From Candidatus Methylomirabilota bacterium (GTDB taxonomy: Bacteria; Methylomirabilota; Methylomirabilia; Rokubacteriales; CSP1-6): a stretch of DNA of 60,627 bases. The notes below the pieces were generated by a model. That model made no database searches. It was not told where the DNA came from and was given only the letters and a program-made list of their open reading frames with translations. Positions 52,217-59,773 of the stretch are shown here, piece after piece (within the stretch, counting starts at the first letter, position 1; the number at the start of each line of letters is the position of its first letter). A program made the position numbers and the translations under genes. Location: positions 1 through 60,627 of the forward strand of contig JBKOUQ010000037.1 of NCBI GenBank assembly GCA_046723475.1, in the 5' to 3' direction.

Positions 52217-52582
52217 CTATCGGCGTGCGTGCACCTTGTGCACATACAGCGCCCCTGCCTCGACGACGCGCGCGTGGATGTCGTGGGCATCGATCTCGTC
52301 GGCCTCGACCACCTCCGCGCGAATATCCCCCCTGTGCGGCTCGCCGGGACGGCCCTCGACCTCATAGATCGCTTGCGCGCGGATGTTGTCCGTGTGGACG
52401 TCGTGCGCGCGGATGATGCGCGCCCGGACGACGTCGGCGTGAATGTCGTGCGCGGACAGCACGCGTGGTGCGGGAACGGCCACGGGCGCGGGAGGCGGTG
52501 GCGGCGATTCGACGATGCACCCGCCCGAGCCGATCGACACGACGAGCAACACCCCCGCGAAGCCGACCCGTTGTCTGTCCAT
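52217..52582 (-). CDS. Small His-rich repeat (lipo)protein, 121 aa
   Basis: SD GGGAGAGG before ATG 52582; signal peptide ending SGGC; poly-Pro; [I/V]xAxx repeats. Confidence 0.8.
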   Translation of the reverse strand: MDRQRVGFAGVLLVVSIGSGGCIVESPPPPPAPVAVPAPRVLSAHDIHADVVRARIIRAHDVHTDNIRAQAIYEVEGRPGEPHRGDIRAEVVEADEIDAHDIHARVVEAGALYVHKVHARR

Positions 52583-52593
52583 GTCCTCTCCCT

Positions 52594-53223
52594 TCACGAG
52601 ATCGCGCGCGCTGCGACGTACAGCCGCTCGGTCGGATGCTCGATGGGGTAGGGCGGCCGCGTCTCGATCGCCTCGACGGCGAACCCCGCCTGTCGCACCT
52701 GCGCGCCGAATGCCTCCGGTTGCCGATAGCACAACTCGACGTCGATGGGCGCGCCCTTGTAATCCGTGAACCGTTGGGCGCCGGTGCCCGCGTGGACGGC
52801 AAGGAGCACGTGGCCGCCGTCGCGCAACACGCGGCGCAGTTCGGCCAGCGCGGCGGCGGTCTCGGCGTCGTCGCCGTAGATGAGCGCGTAGAACGCCACG
52901 ATGCCGGCGCACGCGCCGTCCGCGATCGGCAGCGCGCGCACGTCGGCCGCAATGAATCGCAGCGCCGGGTTCAGGCGGCTGGCGTGCGCCACCGAGCGCT
53001 CCGAGAAATCGATGCCGACGACGCGCGCGCCCAGATCGGACACGAACCGTCCGACGTGCCCCGCGGCGCCGCAGCCGACGTCCAGCACGGCGCCGGCGCC
53101 GCACCGCGCGGCGAAGCGGCGCAGCCGCTCGACGTCCCATGGCTTGCGCGTGAGCTCGTCGGCAAAGTCGGCGGCGTACTGCCGGGCGATCCGATCGAAC
53201 GACGCGCGAACCGGATCGATCAA
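52594..53223 (-). CDS. Class I SAM-dependent methyltransferase
   Basis: VLDVGCG, GIDFS, ADVRALP, RRVLRDGG. Confidence 0.9.
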   Translation of the reverse strand: MIDPVRASFDRIARQYAADFADELTRKPWDVERLRRFAARCGAGAVLDVGCGAAGHVGRFVSDLGARVVGIDFSERSVAHASRLNPALRFIAADVRALPIADGACAGIVAFYALIYGDDAETAAALAELRRVLRDGGHVLLAVHAGTGAQRFTDYKGAPIDVELCYRQPEAFGAQVRQAGFAVEAIETRPPYPIEHPTERLYVAARAIS

Positions 53224-53235
53224 CCGGCGGATTCC

Positions 53236-53310
53236 CGAGGGGTGCCACGGCTGCGCCGGGGCGCCCCGAGCGTTTGGGGGGTATGGGGGGCCATTTCGGG
53301 GCCCCCCATG
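53236..53310. repeat. REP-like double-hairpin intergenic element
   Basis: Hairpin 1 ggggtgcc.cgg / ccg.ggcgcccc; hairpin 2 perfect ATGGGGGGCC (53283-92) / GGCCCCCCAT (53300-09). Only one copy in this window. Confidence 0.6.
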
Positions 53311-53313
53311 TTC

Positions 53314-54132
53314 TTACGTCCCCACACGCAGTGTGGCGCCGAGGTCTCGGAGCAGCGCGATCGTCGACAGATACGACAGGCGCCCGGTGCGCGGATTCTC
53401 CGAGGGCACGTTCTCGACCTCGATGCCGAGCGTGCCGAACTCGCCCTCGACGCGAATGCGGTGGCGGTTCATGGTGAGGCCGGGGACGGCGTAGATCTTC
53501 GTACGCGTGCGCTCGGGCCCGATACCGGCGAGCGACAGCGCGGCCAGCACGTTGACGTTGGCGGGAAACGCGCGGCACGCCTGCGTTGCCGGGCCCTCGA
53601 AGATCAGCGTCTCCTCGCGGATCGCGCCGAGGTCGATGCGCTGCTCGACGATCCACGGCGCGCCGGCCAACCCCGCGGGCGGCTTGCGCGTCTCCATCGT
53701 CACGGCGCGGATCGCGCCGATGGCGGCGCCTTTGACGCCGTCGAGCCCGGCGATCGCCCCCGATGGCACGTGGATCCGCGCGCCGTTTGCCTCGGCCAGC
53801 GCAATCCAGTCCTCGCGCCCGAGCAGCGCGCCGCACGAGAGCACGACGAGGTCGCGGCCGGCGCCGAGCGCTTTCGGCGCGATCTCCCCCAGATGGGCCT
53901 GGGTCGATGCCTCGACGATCAGGTCGGAGGCCGCGATCAACGCGTCGAGATCGAGGAATGGCGGCCGCGACTTCAGGGTCGCGAGAAACGCCTCGCCACG
54001 CTCGCGCGTGCGCGCGGTTGCGCCGGCCAGTACCAGGCCCGGGAGCCCCGCATCGAGGGCGCGGCACACCTGCCGGCCGATCGCGCCGAGGCCGACCATG
54101 CCGATCCGGATCACACCGCGCGCGGCTCGCAT
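53314..54132 (-). CDS. nadX: L-aspartate dehydrogenase family protein
   Basis: GLGAIG, PSGAIAGLD, RKPP, FPANVNV, NPRT..LS.LS. Start ATG 54132 or GTG 54114. Confidence 0.88.
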   Translation of the reverse strand: MRAARGVIRIGMVGLGAIGRQVCRALDAGLPGLVLAGATARTRERGEAFLATLKSRPPFLDLDALIAASDLIVEASTQAHLGEIAPKALGAGRDLVVLSCGALLGREDWIALAEANGARIHVPSGAIAGLDGVKGAAIGAIRAVTMETRKPPAGLAGAPWIVEQRIDLGAIREETLIFEGPATQACRAFPANVNVLAALSLAGIGPERTRTKIYAVPGLTMNRHRIRVEGEFGTLGIEVENVPSENPRTGRLSYLSTIALLRDLGATLRVGT

Positions 54133-54158
54133 CGCGGCGCATGGTATCATGCGACACG

Positions 54159-55085
54159 TTGACGTCATCCGTCGCGCTGCGACTGCCTCTCGAGCGGCTC
54201 TATCGCGACTTCGACTACGACGCCCGCCTGCAGCACGACGCGATCCAGTTTCCGCTTCGCTATCCCGACCCGGCCGATCGCGAGATCGTAGCGCTGCTCA
54301 CCGCGTGCCTGGCGTACGGCCGCGTCGACCTCTTCTCACGCGCGCTCGAGCGCGCGCTGGCCGCGATGGAGCCGTCGCCCGCCGCCTTCGTCCGTGACTT
54401 CGACGCCGCGCGCGACGCTCCACGCTTCGCCGGCTTCATCTATCGGTTCAACCGCCCGCGGGACCTCGCGGCGTTCTGCGTCGCCGCGCGTGACGTCCTC
54501 GCGCGACACGGCACGCTCGAGAAATGCTTCCTGGCCGGCGATCGCGAGCCGGGCGGCCCGATCGCGCCCGCGCTGGAGCGCTTCGCGCACGCGTTCCTCG
54601 ACGCGGATCTTCGCGACGTCTTTCCGCGGGGTCGGCGCTCGCGCGGCTACCGGCATCTGTTCCCGCTGCCGTCGGCGGGCGGGCCGTGCAAGCGCCTGCT
54701 GTTGTTCCTGCGCTGGATGGTGCGACGCGAGCCGCCGGACTTCGGCCTCTGGACAGGCGTGTCACCGGCGCGGCTGCTGATGCCGATCGACACCCACGTC
54801 GAGAACATGAGCCGCGCGATCGGACTCACGCGCCGGCGCTCGCGGACGTGGAAGATGGCCGAAGAGATCACCTCACGCCTGGCCACGCTCGATCCCGCCG
54901 ACCCGGTGAAGTACGACTTCGCGCTCTGCCACACGCGCATGGCCGGCGACTGTCTCGACCGCCGCGACGACGTCGTGTGCCCGCCGTGCGGGCTGCGGAG
55001 CGTGTGTCGCCACTGGAAGCGCGGCGCGGGCCGGGGAGTGCCAGGGAGCGCTGCCCCCTCGCTCGAAGGGAGGAGACGCCGCTGA
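54159..55085 (+). CDS. TIGR02757/DUF2400 family protein (HhH-GPD-like) with C-terminal Cys cluster
   Basis: DREIVALL..LAYG, CKRL.LFLRWMVR, DFGLW, PIDTHV, DPVKYDFAL. Start uncertain (TTG 54159 or ATG 54141). Confidence 0.85.
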   Translation: MTSSVALRLPLERLYRDFDYDARLQHDAIQFPLRYPDPADREIVALLTACLAYGRVDLFSRALERALAAMEPSPAAFVRDFDAARDAPRFAGFIYRFNRPRDLAAFCVAARDVLARHGTLEKCFLAGDREPGGPIAPALERFAHAFLDADLRDVFPRGRRSRGYRHLFPLPSAGGPCKRLLLFLRWMVRREPPDFGLWTGVSPARLLMPIDTHVENMSRAIGLTRRRSRTWKMAEEITSRLATLDPADPVKYDFALCHTRMAGDCLDRRDDVVCPPCGLRSVCRHWKRGAGRGVPGSAAPSLEGRRRR

Positions 55086-56452
55086 CCGCGCTGACCGCGG
55101 TGGTGGTGGTCGCACCGCTCGCCGCGCTGGCCGGCGCGCTCATCGCGTGGGTGCTCGCGGGCGCGCACCACCGCGCCGCGGCCTCCGCGACGCTGGCACG
55201 CGAGCAGGCACGTGGCGAGCAGTGGCAACGGCTGGCCGACGAGCGCCAGCAGGAAACCCTCCGGCTGCAGGATCGGCTGGTCGAGCTCGAGAAAGCCACC
55301 ATTCAAGCCGACACACGCCTGGAGGAATCGCGCCGCAGCGTCGCCGAGCAGCGCGCGCTGCTGGAGCTCGCGCGCGAGCAGCTGCACGGCGCCTTCGCGG
55401 ACGTCAGCGCCAAGGCGCTGAAGGAGAGCAAGGACGACTTCCTGCAGCTGGCCGAGCAGAAGATCGGCTCACAGCAGACGACCATGGCCGCACTCGTGAC
55501 GTCGATGCTCGAGCAGCTGCAGCGGTACGACACCCAGGTGCGCGACCTCGAGAGCCGTCGCGAGCAAGCCTACGGCGGGCTGGCGCGTCATCTCGACCGT
55601 TTGACGGCATCGACCGACGAGCTGGAGCGCGAGGCGCGCAATCTGGTCTCGGCGCTCCGAAGCTCGTCGCAGGTCCGCGGCCGGTGGGGAGAAGTCGCGC
55701 TGCACCGGGTCGTCGAGCTGGCCGGCATGGTCGAGCACTGCGACTACGTCGAGCAGGTGCACGTCGAGGGCGAGGGCGGACGCCTGCGACCCGACATGAT
55801 CGTGCGCCTGCCGAACGGCCGACAGGTGATCGTCGACGCCAAGGTGCCGCTCGCGGCGTATCTGGATGCACTGGACGCCACCAGCGAAGCAGAGCGTGAC
55901 AGCGCGATGGCGCGACACGCCCAGCAGGTGCGGCAGCACATGAACGCACTCGCCGCCAAGGCGTACTGGGACGAATTCGCGACGGCTGCGGAGTTCGTCG
56001 TCATGTTCATCCCGGGTGAATCATTCGTGGCCGCCGCCGCGCACGCCGACGCGACGCTCATCGAAGACGGCATGGCCAAGCGCGTGGTCGTCGCCACGCC
56101 GACGACGCTCATCGCGCTGCTGCGGGCGATGCACTATGGCTGGCGACAGGAGCAGCTCGCCAAGAACGCCGAGAAGATCCGCGACCTCGGCAACGTGCTC
56201 TACGAACGGCTCCGGAAATTCCTCGAGCACGTGGAGCGCGTGGGCGGCGCACTGGGGCGCGCGGTGGGGGCGTACAACGAGGCCGTGGGCTCGCTGGAAG
56301 CGCGCGTGCTGCCGCCTGCGCGCGATTTTCGGAAGCTCGGCGCCGCGGGCGGCGACGAGCTTGCGACGCTCGCACGCATCGACCAGCAGCCGCGCGAGCT
56401 CAGCGCGCCGGAGCTGCCCAAGCAGCTCGACGTGTCCGGGGGCGCCGCATGA
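55082..56452 (+). CDS. rmuC: DNA recombination protein RmuC
   Basis: N-terminal TM plus coiled coil, RGRWGE, RPD, VDAKVP, FVVMFIPGE, TPTTLIALL. Start CTG 55082 or GTG 55100. Confidence 0.93.
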   Translation: MTALTAVVVVAPLAALAGALIAWVLAGAHHRAAASATLAREQARGEQWQRLADERQQETLRLQDRLVELEKATIQADTRLEESRRSVAEQRALLELAREQLHGAFADVSAKALKESKDDFLQLAEQKIGSQQTTMAALVTSMLEQLQRYDTQVRDLESRREQAYGGLARHLDRLTASTDELEREARNLVSALRSSSQVRGRWGEVALHRVVELAGMVEHCDYVEQVHVEGEGGRLRPDMIVRLPNGRQVIVDAKVPLAAYLDALDATSEAERDSAMARHAQQVRQHMNALAAKAYWDEFATAAEFVVMFIPGESFVAAAAHADATLIEDGMAKRVVVATPTTLIALLRAMHYGWRQEQLAKNAEKIRDLGNVLYERLRKFLEHVERVGGALGRAVGAYNEAVGSLEARVLPPARDFRKLGAAGGDELATLARIDQQPRELSAPELPKQLDVSGGAA

Positions 56453-56455
56453 TGG

Positions 56456-56464
56456 TGGTATAGT
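56456..56464 (+). promoter_or_regulatory. Extended -10 (TGgTATAGT), probable leaderless promoter
   Basis: Ends 6 nt before ATG 56471; no SD. Confidence 0.6.
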
Positions 56465-56470
56465 TCGCCT

Positions 56471-56773
56471 ATGACGAACATCCCCATCCAGGTCTACGGC
56501 ATCAATCTGCTCGTCAAGATGATGGCCGAAGCGCCTGCCGACATCCGCGTGAACTGCCCGAAGGGCTCGCCGATCCGGTACGGGGAAGTGATGGCTCGCG
56601 GTGACGGCTTCGACGAGGGCGCCAACGCCTTTCGCGAAATGCCCGAGCTGAAGACGGTCGTGGCGTTCGAGGAGAGCGCGGAAGAAGTCGAGGGGCACTA
56701 CTTCTACATCGCCCTCGAGGAGTACCGCGTGATCCGGCTCGATTCCGTCATCCTGTCCTTTCCGCACGAGTAG
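56471..56773 (+). CDS. Divergent GroES/Cpn10-like protein (100 aa)
   Basis: Colinear by eye with GroES: NLLVKM, GEVMARGDG, VVAF, EEYRVIRLDSVI. Confidence 0.6.
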   Translation: MTNIPIQVYGINLLVKMMAEAPADIRVNCPKGSPIRYGEVMARGDGFDEGANAFREMPELKTVVAFEESAEEVEGHYFYIALEEYRVIRLDSVILSFPHE

Positions 56774-56794
56774 TCTCGTAGCCGAGGTCACGCG

Positions 56795-58018
56795 GTGTCG
56801 GCGCTGAAGCGAGCGCTGTCCCTGATCGCTCCCGACGAGCTCGTCGCGCTCACCCGCGAGCTCGTCCGCATTCCGAGCGTCGTGCGGCCCGGCGATCCCA
56901 ACGCGAACGAGGCCGCCGTGGCCGCACACGTCGAAGCGTGGATGCGCGCGCACGGGCTCACCGTCGAGCTGCAGTCGGTGGCGCCCGGTCGACCGAACGT
57001 GCTCGGGATTCTCGGCGAGCCGCAGGGCGACGGCCGCACGCTGCTGCTCGAGGGTCACACCGACGTCGTGACGGAGGGCGATCCCGCGGCGTGGACGCAT
57101 CCGCCGTTCGGCGCGGACCTCGTCGACGGCAAGATCTACGGCCGCGGCGCCGCCGACATGAAGTCCGGGTTGGCCGCCGCGATGGTCGCGACCGCGGCGA
57201 TTGCACGCAGCGAGGCGCCGCTGGCCGGACGGCTCATCGTCGGCGCACTCGTCGACGAGGAAGGCGACATGATCGGCGTCAAGCACCTGTGCACGACGCC
57301 GATCGGCCGATCGCTCTCGGCGGCGATCATCTGTGAGCCCGAGCAGAACGAGCTCTGCCTCGAGCAGCGCGGCGTCGTGTGGGCGCGCGTCACCGCGCGC
57401 GGCCGCATGGCGCACGGCGCGATGCCCGAAACAGGTGCCAACCCGATCCGCGCGCTCGCCGCGCTGGTCGCGGATGCCCCGAGGCTCGAGCGGCGGCTGC
57501 GATCGCTGTGCGCGCGCAGCCGCTATCTGAAGCCGCCCACCGTCACGCCGACCGTCATCGCGGCACCCGTCGCCGGCGTGCCGCAGTCCAACGTCATCCC
57601 CGCCACCGCGCAGGCCACGCTCGACGTGAGGCTCACGCCCGGCCCCGATGCCGCCGCGGTGGCGAAGGAGCTCGATGACGCGTGCCGTCGCGCCGCCGAC
57701 GCGTCCCCCGGCGTGACGATCGAGTGGGCGCCGGTGAACGGCTTCCGCATCGCGACCAAGGTCGATCGCGACGAGCCGCTCGTGCGCGCGATGGTACGCG
57801 CCGTGCGCCAGGCGACCGGCCGTCCTGCGCGCTGGGGCGGAGTGCCCGGCTCGACGGACGGCACGATCCTCCGGATGGAGCTCGGCATCCCGATCGTCAC
57901 GTGCGGTCCCGGACATCGATTGATCCCGCACCAGGTCGACGAGCACGTCGAGGTCGCCGAGCTGGTGGACGCCGCGCGGATTTATGTTGCGGCAGCGCTG
58001 GCATATCTCACGGCATGA
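56795..58018 (+). CDS. M20 family metallopeptidase/deacylase (ArgE/DapE-like)
   Basis: EGHTDVV, GRGAADMKSG, DEEG, EP, HQVDE. Confidence 0.9.
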   Translation: MSALKRALSLIAPDELVALTRELVRIPSVVRPGDPNANEAAVAAHVEAWMRAHGLTVELQSVAPGRPNVLGILGEPQGDGRTLLLEGHTDVVTEGDPAAWTHPPFGADLVDGKIYGRGAADMKSGLAAAMVATAAIARSEAPLAGRLIVGALVDEEGDMIGVKHLCTTPIGRSLSAAIICEPEQNELCLEQRGVVWARVTARGRMAHGAMPETGANPIRALAALVADAPRLERRLRSLCARSRYLKPPTVTPTVIAAPVAGVPQSNVIPATAQATLDVRLTPGPDAAAVAKELDDACRRAADASPGVTIEWAPVNGFRIATKVDRDEPLVRAMVRAVRQATGRPARWGGVPGSTDGTILRMELGIPIVTCGPGHRLIPHQVDEHVEVAELVDAARIYVAAALAYLTA

Positions 58019-59250
58019 GCGGGGAGCGCGTGCGGCGTCCGCGGCTGCGCAGCATCGAGGCGTTTCCCATCGAGCACGAGGGCGAGCGCTTCCTGGCGCT
58101 GCGCGATCCGGCGGGCTACACCAGCTCGTCCATCATGCTGCCGCTGGCCGTGCTCGAGATCGTGTCCCTTTTCGACGGCGAGCACGACGTAGAGGAGATC
58201 CAGCAGGCAGTACTGCGCCAGCGCGGCGAGCGTGTCGACGCCGCGCGCATCGAGGATCTCGCGGACGCGCTCGATCAGCACGGCTTTCTCGACAGCCCGC
58301 GCTTCGACGCGCGACGCGCCGAAGTCGACGGCGCCTTCCTCGCCGCGCCGGCCCGCCCCGCAAGCCATGCAGGCGGTGCGTACCCGGCCGAGCCCGGCGC
58401 GCTGGCCGCAGCGCTGGATGGCTTCTTCTCGCCGCCGCAGGGTCCCGGCCCCATCAACCGCGCGGCCGCAGCAAAGACGCCCGTTCGCGCGCTGATCGCT
58501 CCCCACATCGATTTCCACCGCGGCGGCCCGGCGTACGCGTGGGGCTATCGCGACGTCGCGGAGCGCTGCGACGCCGACGTGTTCGTGATCTTCGGGACGT
58601 GCCATGCCGGAATGCGTCAGCCGTTCGCGCTGACGCGCAAGCCGTACGACACGCCGCTCGGCGCCGCCCCCGTGGACGTCGACTTCGTCGAGACGCTCGC
58701 CAAGCGATCGCGACTCGACTGCTTCGCCGAGGAGCTCGCTCACCGCAACGAGCACTCGATCGAGTTTCAGGCGGTGTTTCTGCGCTACCTCTTCGGCGGA
58801 CGGCGCGACGTCACGATCGTGCCGGCGCTGACCTCGTTCGTGCACGAGGCGATCGCCCACAAGCGCCGGCCCGAGGACGATCCCCGCGTGCGCCGCTTCG
58901 TCGATGCCCTCGGCGAAACCGTGGCCGCCACCGGCCGGCGCGTCGCGTTCGTGGCCGCCGCCGATCTGGCCCACGTGGGCCCCCGCTTCGGCGACCCCGA
59001 GCCGGTCTCGCGCGAGCAAGCCGCCGGCCTCGCCGCGGCCGACCGCGCGACGCTCGCGACCGTGACCGCCGGCGACGCCGAGGCGTTTTTCGACGATGCG
59101 GCGCGGGATGACGACGCGCGGCGGATCTGCGGGCTGTCGCCGATCTGGATGCTGCTGCGCGCGACGGGCGGCGCATCGGGCGTGCTCCGCCATTATGGCC
59201 AGACGCCGGATCCCCAGTGCGTCGTGACGTTCGCCAGCGTCGTCTTCTAG
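58015..59250 (+). CDS. MEMO1 family (AmmeMemoRadiSam protein B) with N-terminal extension
   Basis: HAGGAYP, IAPHID, GTCH, TPLG, EHSIEFQ, ADLAHVG, ICG; ATGA overlap with the M20 gene. Confidence 0.88.
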   Translation: MSGERVRRPRLRSIEAFPIEHEGERFLALRDPAGYTSSSIMLPLAVLEIVSLFDGEHDVEEIQQAVLRQRGERVDAARIEDLADALDQHGFLDSPRFDARRAEVDGAFLAAPARPASHAGGAYPAEPGALAAALDGFFSPPQGPGPINRAAAAKTPVRALIAPHIDFHRGGPAYAWGYRDVAERCDADVFVIFGTCHAGMRQPFALTRKPYDTPLGAAPVDVDFVETLAKRSRLDCFAEELAHRNEHSIEFQAVFLRYLFGGRRDVTIVPALTSFVHEAIAHKRRPEDDPRVRRFVDALGETVAATGRRVAFVAAADLAHVGPRFGDPEPVSREQAAGLAAADRATLATVTAGDAEAFFDDAARDDDARRICGLSPIWMLLRATGGASGVLRHYGQTPDPQCVVTFASVVF

Positions 59251-59309
59251 TACGATGACTGACCGCGTAATGGCCACGCCTAGTACGATGACCGCGTGAT
59301 GGCCACGCC
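59248..59309 (+). repeat. Tandem duplication (33 + 29 bp) spanning the MEMO stop, a -10 box and the next start
   Basis: tagtacgatgactgaccgcgtaatggccacgcc followed by tagtacgatgaccgcgtgatggccacgcc. Confidence 0.92.
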
Positions 59310-59754
59310 ACCGCCCGAGTTCAAGCTTCCCGACCTGCGCATCGACGTCGACGGCGACTGGTACGACGAAGGCATTCAAGTGACGCATCCAGGAATCCTG
59401 GCGAACCTCCGGGAAAACCTGCGGAAAGACAACAGCGGCTATTACATCCAGACGCGCGTGCGCATCCCGGTCCAGGTCGACGATGCGCCGTGGGTCGTGG
59501 CGCGGCTGGAGCGCCGCGGCGAGACGTTGCACGCGATCCTGAACGACGGCTCCGACGAGGGCCTGGATCCGGCGAGCATCCGGGTCGGTCGCGCCGACGT
59601 ACCGTACTGCACGGTCAAGGGAGGCCGGTTCGACGCGCGCCTCTCCCGCGCGGCGACGTTTCAGCTCTGGGCGCTCGCGGAGTACGACGAGCGCTCGGGA
59701 CGCGGCGCTCTCCGGCTCGGCGGCCAGGAGTATCCGCTGGCGCGAGCGTCGTGA
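59296..59754 (+). CDS. DUF1285 family protein
   Basis: LRIDVDGDWYDEG, VQVDDAPWVV, PYCTVK..FDARLSR. Confidence 0.8.
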   Translation: MMATPPPEFKLPDLRIDVDGDWYDEGIQVTHPGILANLRENLRKDNSGYYIQTRVRIPVQVDDAPWVVARLERRGETLHAILNDGSDEGLDPASIRVGRADVPYCTVKGGRFDARLSRAATFQLWALAEYDERSGRGALRLGGQEYPLARAS

Positions 59755-59773
59755 GCCGACGCGCGCCGTTCTG

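Noticed and set aside
52217-54157. 646-aa minus-strand ORF
   Set aside because: An out-of-frame run through nadX, the REP-like element and the methyltransferase; only the last 121 codons (SD plus ATG 52582) look real.
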